The notes under the pieces: generated by a model
What the model saw: only the letters and a program-made list of their open reading frames with translations
The model's database searches: none
What the model was told of the DNA's origin: nothing
From: Eledone cirrhosa
Lineage: Eukaryota
Assembly: GCA_964016885.1 (NCBI GenBank)
Contig: OZ024746.1
Span: 52,700,001-52,764,000, forward strand
Direction of reading: 5' to 3'
DNA length: 64,000 nt
Shown: one piece after another, positions 52,861-63,960 of the stretch
Layout of the letters: the number at the start of each line of letters is the position of its first letter
How positions within the stretch are numbered: position 1 is the stretch's first letter
Translations under genes and position numbers: made by a program

Positions 52861-55800
52861 TTGCTGAGATGGTAGTGTTGTTGTTGTTGTTATTGTAGTT
52901 AGTGGTTTCTGTGATGGTAGTGTTGTTGTTGTTGTTATTGTAGTTAAAGGTTGCTGTGATGGTAGTGTTGTTGTTGTTATTCTAGTTAGTGGTTGCTGTG
53001 ATGGTAGTGTTGTTGTTGTTGTTATTGTAGTTAGTGGTTTCTGTGATGGTAGTGTTGTTGTTGTTATTGTAGTTAGTGGTTGCTGTGATGGTAGTGTTGT
53101 TGTTGTTGTTATTCTAGTTAGTGGTTTCTGTGATGGTAGTGTTGTTGTTGTTATTGTAGTTAGTGGTTGCTGAGATGGTTGTGTTGTTGTTGTTATTGTA
53201 GTTAGTGGTTGCTGAGATGGTAGTGTTGTTGTTGTTGTTATTGTAGTTAGAGTTTGCTGAGATGGTAGTATTGTTGTTGTTGTTATTGTAGTTAGTGGTT
53301 GCTGTGATGGTAGTGTTGTTGTTGTTGTTATTGTAGTTAGTGGTTGCTGTGATGGTAGTGTTGTTGTTGATATTGTAGTTAGTGGTTGCTGAGATGGTAG
53401 TGTTGTTGTTGTTGTTATTGTAGTTAGTGGTTGCAGAGATGGTAGTGTTGTTGTTGTTGTTATTCTAGTTAGTGGTTGCTGTGATGGTAGTGTTGTTGTT
53501 GTTGTTATTGTAGTTAGTGGTTTTTGTGATGGTAGTGTTGTTGTTGTTGTTACTCTAGTTAGTGCTTGCTGTGATGGTAGTGTTGTTGTTGTTGTTATTG
53601 TAGTTAGTGGTTTCTGTGATGGTAGTGTTGTTGTTGTTATTGTAGTTAGTGGTTGCTGAGATGGTAGTGTTTTTGTTGTTGTTATTGTAGTTAGTGGTTG
53701 CTGAGATAATAGTGTTGTTGTTGTTATTGTAGTTAGTGGTTGCTGAGATGGTAGTGTTGTTGTTGTTGTTGTTATTGTAGTTAGTGGTTGCTGAGATGGT
53801 AGTGTTGTCGTTGTTGTTATTGTAGTTAGTTTTTTTCTGTGATGGTAGTGTTGTTGTTGTTGTTATTGTAGTTAGTGGTTGCTGAGATAATAGTGTTGTT
53901 GTTGTTATTGTAGTTAGTGGTTGCTGAGATGGTAGTGTTGTTGTTGTTGTTGTTATTGTAGTTAGTGGTTGCTGAGATGGTAGTGTTGTCGTTGTTGTTA
54001 TTGTAGTTAGTGGTTGCTGTGATGGTAGTGTTGTTGTTGTTGTTATTGTAGTTAGAGGTTGCTGAGATGGTAGTGTTGTCGTTGTTGTTATTGTAGTTAG
54101 TGGTTGCTGAGATGGTAGTGTTGTTGTTGTTGTTATTGTAGTTAGAGGTTGCTGAGATGGTAGTGTTGTTGTTGTTATTCTAGTTAGTGGTTGCTGTGAT
54201 GGTAGTGTTGTTGTTATTATTGTAGTTAGAGGTTGCTGAGATGGTAGTGTTGTTGTTGTTATTCTAGTTAGTGGTTGCTGTGATGGTAGTGTTGTTGTTG
54301 TTGTTATTGTAGTTAGTGGTTTCTGTGATGGTAGTGTTGTTGTTGTTGTTACTATAGTTAGTGGTTTCTGTGATGGTAGTGTTGTTGTTGTTATTCTAGT
54401 TAGTGGTTGCTGTGATGGTAGTGTTGTTGTTATTATTGTAGTTAGAGCTTGCTGAGATGGTAGTGTTGTTGTTGTTGTTATTGTAGTTAGAGGTTGCTGT
54501 GATGGTAGTGTTGTTGTTGTTGTTATTGTAGTTAGTGGTTTCTGTGATGGTAGTGTTGTTGTTGTTGTTATTGTAGTTAGTGGTTGCTGAGATAATAGTG
54601 TTGTTGTTGTTGTTATTGTAGTTAGTGGTTGCTGAGATGGTAGTGTTGTTGTTGTTGTTATTGTAGTTAGTGGTTGCTGAGATGGTAGTGTTGTTGTTGT
54701 TGTTATTGTAGTTAGTGGTTTTTGTGATGGTAGTGTTGTTGTTGTTGTTATTGTAGTTAGTGGTTGCTGAGATGGTAGTGTTGTTGTTGTTGTTATTGTA
54801 GTTAGTGGTTTTTGTGATGGTAGTGTTGTTGTTGTTGTTATTGTAGTTAGTGGTTGCTGTGATGGTAGTGTTGTTGTTGTTATTGTAGTTAGTGGTTGCT
54901 GAGATGGTAGTGTTGTTGTTGTTGTTATTGTAGTTAGTGGTTTTTGTGATGGTAGTGTTGTTGTTGTTGTTATTGTAGTTAGTGGTTGCTGTGATGGTAG
55001 TGTTGTTGTTGTTATTGTAGTTAGTGGTTGCTGAGATGGTAGTGTTGTTGTTGTTATTGTAGTTAGAGGTTGCTGTGATGGTAGTGTTGTTGTTGTTGTT
55101 ATTGTAGTCAGTGGTTGCTGAGATAATAGTGTTGTTGTTGTTGTTATTGTAGTTAGTGGTTGCTGAGATGGTAGTGTTGTTGTTGTTATTGTAGTTAGTG
55201 GTTGCTGAGATGGTAGTGTTGTTGTTGTTGTTATTGTAGTTAGTGGTTTCTGTGATGGTAGTGTTGTTGTTGTTGTTGTTATTGTAGTTAGTGGTTGCTG
55301 AGATAATAGTGTTGTTGTTGTTGTTATTGTAGTTAGTGGTTGCTGAGATGGTAGTGTTGTTGTTGTTGTTATCGTAGTTAGTGGTTTCTGTGATGGTAGT
55401 GTTGTTGTTGTTGTTATTGTAGTTAGTGGTTGCTGTGATGGTAGTGTTGTTGTTGTTATTGTAGTTAGTGGTTTCTGTGATGGTAGTGTTGTTGTTGTTG
55501 TTATTGTAGTTAGTGGTTGCTGAGATAATAGTGTTGTTGTTGTTGTTATTGTAGTTAGTGGTTGCTGAGATGGTAGTGTTGTTGTTGTTGTTATTGTAGT
55601 TAGTGGTTGCTGAGATGGTAGTGTTGTTGTTGTTGTTATTGTAGTTAGTGGTTTCTGTGATGGTAGTGTTGTTGTTGTTGTTATTGTAGTTAGTGGTTGC
55701 TGTGATGGTAGTGTTGTTGTTGTTATTGTAGTTAGTGGTTGCTGAGATGGTAGTCTTGTTGTTGTTGTTATTGTAGTTAGTGGTTGCTGAGATGGTAGTG

Positions 55801-56039
55801 TTGTTGTTGCTGTTATTGTAGTTAGTGGTTTCTGTGATGGTAGTGTTGTTGTTGTTGTTATTGTAGTTAGTGGTTGCTGTGATGGTAGTGTTGTTGTTGT
55901 TATTCTAGTTAGTGGTTGCTGTGATGGTAGTGTTGTTGTTGTTGGCATTGTAGTTAGTGGTTTCTGTGATGGTAGTGTTGTTGTTGTTATTGTAGTTAGT
56001 GGTTGCTGAGATGGTAGTGTTGTTGTTGTGGTTATTGTA

Positions 56040-59000
56040 GTTAGTGGTTGCTGAGATGGTAGTGTTGTTGTTGTTATTGTAGCTAGTGGTTGCTGTGATG
56101 GTAGTTTTGTTGTTGTTATTGTAGTTAGTGGTTGCTATGATGGTAGTGATGTTGTTGTTATTGTAGCTAGTGGTTGATGTGTTGGTAGTGTTGTTGTTGT
56201 TATTGTAGTTAGTGGTTGCTATGCTGGTAGTGTTGTTGTTATTGTAGCTAGTGGTTGCTGTGATGGTAGTGTTTTTGTTGTTATTGTAGTTAGTGGTTTC
56301 TGTGATGGTAGTGTTGTTGTTGTTGTTATTGTAGTTAGAGGTTGCTGTGATGGTAGTGTTGTTGTTGTTGTTATTGTAGTTAGTGGTTTCTGTGATAGTA
56401 GTGTTGTTGTTGTTATTGTAGTTAGTGTTTGCTGAGATGGTAGTGTTGTTGTTGTTGTTATTGTAGTTAGTGGTTTCTGTGATGGTAGTGTTGTTGTTGT
56501 TGTTATTGTAGTTAGTGGTTGCTGTGATGGTAGTGTTGTTGTTGTTATTGTAGTTAGTGGTTGCTGAGATGGTAGTGTTGTTGTTGTTGTTATAGGTAGT
56601 TAGTGGTTGCTGAGATGGTAGTGTTGTTGTTGTTGTTATTGTAGTTAGTGGTTTCTGTGATGGTAGTGTTGTTGTTGTTGTTATTGTAGTTAAAGGTTGC
56701 TGTGATGGTAGTGTTGTTGTTGTTATTCTAGTTAGTGGTTGCTGTGATGGTAGTGTTGTTGTTGTTGTTATTGTAGTTAGTGGTTTCTGTGATGGTAGTG
56801 TTGTTGTTGTTATTGTAGTTAGTGGTTGCTGAGATGGTTGTGTTGTTGTTGTTATTGTAGTTAGTGATTGCTGAGATGGTAGTGTTGTTGTTGTTGTTAT
56901 TGTAGTTAGAGTTTGCTGAGATGGTAGTATTGTTGTTGTTGTTATTGTAGTTAGTGGTTGCTGTGATGGTAGTGTTGTTGTTGTTGTTATTGTAGTTAGT
57001 GGTTGCTTTGATGGTAGTGTTGTTGTTGTTATTGTAGTTAGTGGTTGCTGAGATGGTAGTGTTGTTGTTGTTGTTATTGTAGTTAGTGGTTGCAGAGATG
57101 GTAGTGTTGTTGTTGTTGTTATTCTAGTTAGCGGTTGCTGTGATGGTAGTGTTGTTGTTGTTGTTATTGTAGTTAGTGGTTTTTGTGATGGTAGTGTTGT
57201 TGTTGTTGTTATTCTAGTTAGTGCTTGCTGTGATGGTAGTGTTGTTGTTGTTGTTATTGTAGTTAGTGGTTTCTGTGATGGTAGTGTTGTTGTTGTTATT
57301 GTAGTTAGTGGTTGCTGAGATGGTAGTGTTGTTGTTGTTGTTATTGTAGTTAGAGGTTGCTGTGATGGTAGTGTTGTTGTTGTTGTTATTGTAGTTAGTC
57401 GTTTCTGTGATGGTAGTGTTGTTGTTGTTGTTATTGTAGTTAGTGGTTTCTGTGATGGTAGTGTTGTTGTTGTTATTCTAGTTAGTGGTTGCTGAGATGG
57501 TAGTGTTGTTGTTGTTGTTATTGTAGTTAGTGGTTTTTGTGATGGTAGTGTTGTTGTTGTTGTTGTTATTGTAGTTAGTGGTTGCTGAGATAATAGTGTT
57601 GTTGTTGTTGTTATTGTAGTTAGTGGTTGCTGAGATGGTAGTGTTGTTGTTGTTGTTATCGTAGTTAGTGGTTTCTGTGATGGTAGTGTTGTTGTTGTTG
57701 TTATTGTAGTTAGTGGTTGCTGAGATAATAGTGTTGTTGTTGTTGTTATTGTAGTTAGTGGTTGCTGAGATGGTAGTGTTGTTGTTGTTGTTATTGTAGT
57801 TAGTGGTTGCTGAGATGGTAGTGTTGTTGTTGTTGTTATTGTAGTTAGTGGTTTCTGTGATGGTAGTGTTGTTGTTGTTGTTATTGTAGTTAGTGGTTGC
57901 TGTGATGGTAGTGTTGTTGTTGTTATTGTAGTTAGTGGTTGCTGAGATGGTAGTCTTGTTGTTGTTGTTATTGTAGTTAGTGGTTGCTGAGATGGTAGTG
58001 TTGTTGTTGCTGTTATTGTAGTTAGTGGTTTCTGTGATGGTAGTGTTGTTGTTGTTGTTATTGTAGTTAGTGGTTGCTGTGATGGTAGTGTTGTTGTTGT
58101 TATTCTAGTTAGTGGTTGCTGTGATGGTAGTGTTGTTGTTGTTGTTATTGTAGTTAGTGGTTTCTGTGATGGTAGTGTTGTTGTTGTTATTGTAGTTAGT
58201 GGTTGCTGAGATGGTAGTGTTGTTGTTGTGGTTATTGTAGTTAGTGGTTGCTGAGATGGTAGTGTTGTTGTTGTTATTGTAGCTAGTGGTTGCTGTGATG
58301 GTAGTTTTGTTGTTGTTATTGTAGTTAGTGGTTGCTATGATGGTAGTGATGTTGTTGTTATTGTAGCTAGTGGTTGCTGTGTTGGTAGTGTTGTTGTTGT
58401 TATTGTAGTTAGTGGTTGCTATGCTGGTAGTGTTGTTGTTGTTATTGTAGCTAGTGGTTGCTGTGATGGTAGTGTTTTTGTTGTTATTGTAGTTAGTGGT
58501 TTCTGTGATGGTAGTGTTGTTGTTGTTGTTATTGTAGTTAGAGGTTGCTGAGATGGTAGTGTTGTTGTTGTTGTTATTGTAGTTAGTGGTTTCTGTGATG
58601 GTAGTGTTGTTGTTGTTATTGTAGTTATTGTTTGCTGAGATGGTAGTGTTGTTGTTGTTATTGTAGTTAGTGGTTTCTGTGATGGTAGTGTTGTTGTTGT
58701 TGTTATTGTAGTTAGTGGTTGCTGTGATGGTAGTGTTGTTGTTGTTATTCTAGTTAGTGGTTGCTGTGATGGTAGTGTTGTTGTTGTTGTTATTGTAGTT
58801 AGAGGTTGCTGTGATGGTAGTGTTGTTGTTGTTGTTATTGTAGTTAGTGGTTTCTGTGATGGTAGTGTTGTTGTTGTTATTGTAGTTATTGTTTGCTGAG
58901 ATGGTAGTGTTGTTGTTGTTATTGTAGTTAGTGGTTTCTGTGATGGTAGTGTTGTTGTTGTTGTTATTGTAGTTAGTGGTTGCTGTGATGGTAGTGTTGT

Positions 59001-60750
59001 TGTTGTTATTCTAGTTAGTGGTTGCTGTGATGGTAGTGTTGTTGTTGTTGTTATTGTAGTTAGTGGTTTCTGTGATGGTAGTGTTGTTGTTGTTATTGTA
59101 GTTAGTGGTTGCTGAGATGGTAGTGTTGTTGTTGTTGATATTGTAGTTAGAGGTTGCTTTGATGGTAGTGTTGTTGTTGTTATTGTAGTTAGTGGTTGCT
59201 GAGATGGTAGTGTTGTTGTTGTTGTTATTGTAGTTAGTGGTTGCAGAGATGGTAGTGTTGTTGTTGTTGTTATTGTAGTTAGTGGTTGCTGAGATGGTAG
59301 TGTTGTTGTTGTTATTGTAGCTAGTGGTTGCTGTGATGGTAGTTTTGTTGTTGTTATTGTAGTTAGTGGTTGCTATGATGGTAGTGATGTTGTTGTTATT
59401 GTAGCTAGTGGTTGCTGTGTTGGTAGTGTTGTTGTTGTTATTGTAGTTAGTGGTTGCTATGCTGGTAGTGTTGTTGTTGTTATTGTAGCTAGTGGTTGCT
59501 GTGATGGTAGTGTTTTTGTTGTTATTGTAGTTAGTGGTTTCTGTGATGGTAGTGTTGTTGTTGTTGTTATTGTAGTTAGAGGTTGCTGTGATGGTAGTGT
59601 TGTTGTTGTTGTTATTGTAGTTAGTGGTTTCTGTGATGGTAGTGTTGTTGTTGTTATTGTAGTTAGTGTTTGCTGAGATGGTAGTGTTGTTGTTGTTGTT
59701 ATTGTAGTTAGTGGTTTCTGTGATGGTAGTGTTGTTGTTGTTGTTATTGTAGTTAGTGGTTGCTGTGATGGTAGTGTTGTTGTTGTTATTGTAGTTAGTG
59801 GTTGCTGAGATGGTAGTGTTGTTGTTGTTGTTATAGGTAGTTAGTGGTTGCTGAGATGGTAGTGTTGTTGTTGTTGTTATTGTAGTTAGTGGTTTCTGTG
59901 ATGGTAGTGTTGTTGTTGTTGTTATTGTAGTTAAAGGTTGCTGTGATGGTAGTGTTGTTGTTGTTATTCTAGTTAGTGGTTTTTGTGATGGTAGTGTTGT
60001 TGTTGTTGTTGTTATTGTAGTTAGTGGTTGCTGAGATAATAGTGTTGTTGTTGTTGTTATTGTAGTTAGTGGTTGCTGAGATGGTTGTGTTGTTGTTGTT
60101 GTTATTGTAGTTAGAGTTTGCTGAGATGGTAGTATTGTTGTTGTTGTTATTGTAGTTAGTGGTTGCTGTGATGGTAGTGTTGTTGTTGTTGTTATTGTAG
60201 TTAGTGGTTGCTTTGATGGTAGTGTTGTTGTTGTTATTGTAGTTAGTGGTTGCTGAGATGGTAGTGTTGTTGTTGTTGTTATTGTAGTTAGTGGTTGCAG
60301 AGATGGTAGTGTTGTTGTTGTTGTTATTCTAGTTAGTGGTTGCTGTGATGGTAGTGTTGTTGTTGTTGTTATTGTAGTTAGTGGTTTTTGTGATGGTAGT
60401 GTTGTTGTTGTTGTTATTCTAGTTAGTGCTTGCTGTGATGGTAGTGTTGTTGTTGTTGTTATTGTAGTTAGTGGTTTCTGTGATGGTAGTGTTGTTGTTG
60501 TTATTGTAGTTAGTGGTTGCTGAGATGGTAGTGTTGTTGTTGTTGATATTGTAGTTAGAGGTTGCTGTGATGGTAGTGTTGTTGTTGTTGTTATTGTAGT
60601 TAGTCGTTTCTGTGATGGTAGTGTTGTTGTTGTTGTTATTGTAGTTAGTGGTTTCTGTGATGGTAGTGTTGTTGTTGTTATTCTAGTTAGTGGTTGCTGA
60701 GATGGTAGTGTTGTTGTTGTTGTTATTGTAGTTAGTGGTTTTTGTGATGG
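56040..60750. repeat. Non-adjacent duplicated block of about 1.5 kb (about 56040-57560 and about 59270-60750)
   Basis: ATAGGTAG at 56592/59833, TGCTTTGAT (C at 57006/60211), with AAAGG, AGAGTTTG, GCAGAG, GTGCTTG and AGTCGTTT in the same order. Confidence 0.75.
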
Positions 60751-61699
60751 TAGTGTTGTTGTTGTTGTTATTGTAGTTAGTGGTTGCTGTGATGGTAGTG
60801 TTGTTGTTGTTATTGTAGTTAGTGGTTGCTGAGATGGTAGTGTTGTTGTTGTTGTTATTGTAGTTAGAGGTTGCTGTGATGGTAGTGTTGTTGTTGTTGT
60901 TATTGTAGTCAGTGGTTGCTGAGATAATAGTGTTGTTGTTGTTGTTATTGTAGTTAGTGGTTGCTGAGATCGTAGTGTTGTTGTTGTTATTGTAGTTAGT
61001 GGTTGCTGAGATGGTAGTGTTGTTGTTGTTGTTATTGTAGTTAGTGGTTGCTGAGATAATAGTGTTGTTGTTGTTGTTATTGTAGTTAGTGGTTGCTGAG
61101 ATCGTAGTGTTGTTGTTGTTATTGTAGTTAGTGGTTTCTGTGATGGTAGTGTTGTTGTTGTTGTTGTTATTGTAGTTAGTGGTTGCTGAGATAATAGTGT
61201 TGTTGTTGTTGTTATTGTAGTTAGTGGTTGCTGAGATGGTAGTGTTGTTGTTGTTGTTATCGTAGTTAGTGGTTTCTGTGATGGTAGTGTTGTTGTTGTT
61301 GTTATTGTAGTTAGTGGTTGCTGAGATAATAGTGTTGTTGTTGTTGTTATTGTAGTTAGTGGTTGCTGAGATGGTAGTGTTGTTGTTGTTGTTATTGTAG
61401 TTAGTGGTTTCTGTGATGGTAGTGTTGTTGTTGTTGTTATTGTAGTTAGTGGTTGCTGTGATGGTAGTGTTGTTGTTGTTATTGTAGTTAGTGGTTGCTG
61501 AGATGGTAGTCTTGTTGTTGTTGTTATTGTAGTTAGTGGTTGCTGAGATGGTAGTGTTGTTGTTGCTGTTATTGTAGTTAGTGGTTTCTGTGATGGTAGT
61601 GTTGTTGTTGTTGTTATTGTAGTTAGTGGTTGCTGTGATGGTAGTGTTGTTGTTGTTATTCTAGTTAGTGGTTGCTGTGATGGTAGTGTTGTTGTTATT

Positions 61700-63960
61700 G
61701 TAGTTAGTGGTTTCTGTGATGGTAGTGTTGTTGTTGTTATTGTAGTTAGTGGTTGCTGAGATGGTAGTGTTGTTGTTGTGGTTATTGTAGTTAGTGGTTG
61801 CTGAGATGGTAGTGTTGTTGTTGTTATTGTAGCTAGTGGTTGCTGTGATGGTAGTTTTGTTGTTGTTATTGTAGTTAGTGGTTGCTATGATGGTAGTGAT
61901 GTTGTTGTTATTGTAGCTAGTGGTTGCTGTGTTGGTAGTGTTGTTGTTGTTATTGTAGTTAGTGGTTGCTATGCTGGTAGTGTTGTTGTTGTTATTGTAG
62001 CTAGTGGTTGCTGTGATGGTAGTGTTTTTGTTGTTATTGTAGTTAGTGGTTTCTGTGATGGTAGTGTTGTTGTTGTTGTTATTGTAGTTAGAGGTTGCTG
62101 TGATGGTAGTGTTGTTGTTGTTGTTATTGTAGTTAGTGGTTGCTGAGATAATAGTGTTGTTGTTGTTGTTATTGTAGTTAGTGGTTGCTGAGATGGTAGT
62201 GTTGTTGTTGTTGTTATTGTAGTTAGTGGTTGCTGAGATGGTAGTGTTGTTGTTGTTGTTATTGTAGTTAGTGGTTTCTGTGATGGTAGTGTTGTTGTTG
62301 TTGTTATTGTAGTTAGTGGTTGCTGTGATGGTAGTGTTGTTGTTGTTATTGTAGTTAGTGGTTGCTGAGATGGTAGTCTTGTTGTTGTTGTTATTGTAGT
62401 TAGTGGTTGCTGAGATGGTAGTGTTGTTGTTGCTGTTATTGTAGTTAGTGGTTTCTGTGATGGTAGTGTTGTTGTTGTTGTTATTGTAGTTAGTGGTTGC
62501 TGTGATGGTAGTGTTGTTGTTGTTATTCTAGTTAGTGGTTGCTGTGATGGTAGTGTTGTTGTTGTTGTTATTGTAGTTAGTGGTTTCTGTGATGGTAGTG
62601 TTGTTGTTGTTATTGTAGTTAGTGGTTGCTGAGATGGTAGTGTTGTTGTTGTGGTTATTGTAGTTAGTGGTTGCTGAGATGGTAGTGTTGTTGTTGTTAT
62701 TGTAGCTAGTGGTTGCTGTGATGGTAGTTTTGTTGTTGTTATTGTAGTTAGAGGTTGCTGTGATGGTAGTGTTGTTGTTGTTATTCTAGTTAGTGGTTGC
62801 TGTGATGGTAGTGTTGTTGTTGTGGTTATTGTAGTTAGTGGTTGCTATGATGGTAGTGATGTTGTTGTTATTGTAGCTAGTGGTTGCTGTGTTGGTAGTG
62901 TTGTTGTTGTTATTGTAGTTAGTGGTTGCTATGATGGTAGTGATGTTGTTGTTATTGTAGCTAGTGGTTGCTGTGTTGGTAGTGTTGTTGTTGTTATTGT
63001 AGTTAGTGGTTGCTATGCTGGTAGTGTTGTTGTTGTTATTGTAGCTAGTGGTTGCTGTGATGGTAGTGTTTTTGTTGTTATTGTAGTTAGTGGTTTCTGT
63101 GATGGTAGTGTTGTTGTTGTTGTTATTGTAGTTAGAGGTTGCTGAGATGGTAGTGTTGTTGTTGTTGTTATTGTAGTTAGTGGTTTCTGTGATGGTAGTG
63201 TTGTTGTTGTTATTGTAGTTAGTGGTTGCTGAGATGGTAGTGTTGTTGTTGTTGTTATTGTAGTGAGAGGTTGCTGTGATGGTAGTGTTGTTGTTGTTGT
63301 TATTGTAGTTAGTGGTTTCTGTGATGGTAGTGTTGTTGTTGTTATTGTAGTTATTGTTTGCTGAGATAGTAGTGTTGTTGTTGTTATTGTAGTTAGTGGT
63401 TTCTGTGATGGTAGTGTTGTTGTTGTTGTTATTGTAGTTAGTGGTTGCTGTGATGGTAGTGTTGTTGTTGTTATTGTAGTTAGTGGTTGCTGAGATGGTA
63501 GTGTTGTTGTTGTTGTTATAGGTAGTTAGTGGTTGCTGAGATGGTAGTGTTGTTGTTGTTGTTATTGTAGTTAGTGGTTTCTGTGATGGTAGTGTTGTTG
63601 TTGTTGTTATTGTAGTTAAAGGTTGCTGTGATGGTAGTGTTGTTGTTGTTATTCTAGTTAGTGGTTGCTGTGATGGTAGTGTTGTTGTTGTTGTTATTGT
63701 AGTTAGTGGTTTCTGTGATGGTAGTGTTGTTGTTGTTATTGTAGTTAGTGGTTGCTGTGATGGTAGTGTTGTTGTTGTTGTTATTCTAGTTAGTGGTTTC
63801 TGTGATGGTAGTGTTGTTGTTGTTATTGTAGTTAGTGGTTGCTGAGATGGTTGTGTTGTTGTTGTTATTGTAGTTAGTGGTTGCTGAGATGGTAGTGTTG
63901 TTGTTGTTGTTATTGTAGTTAGTGGTTGCTGTGATGGTAGTGTTGTTGTTGATATTGTAG
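61700..63960. repeat. Dispersed copy of the block at about 51030-53400 (offset about 10.67 kb)
   Basis: The identical 107-aa + ORF occurs at 52150 and 62822, and ATAGGTAG at 52846/63518 (both offset 10672). GATATTG at 53369/63951 follows loss of two monomers. Confidence 0.85.

Noticed and set aside
43978-55948. Four MPTTTTLPSQQ ORFs as a gene family (also 1877..2347 and 12195..13163)
   Set aside because: The ATG comes from a point variant inside a monomer that was copied by block duplication. The upstream sequence is the same repeat, there is no signal peptide, and the ORF ends are set by arbitrary variants.
40624-63145. + strand Val/Cys-rich ORFs (40624, 45674, 49263, 52150, 62822; also 16657)
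   Set aside because: They are runs of monomers that happen to carry TGT/TAT rather than TGA. They start at GTG/TTG point variants and have no unique sequence or regulatory context.
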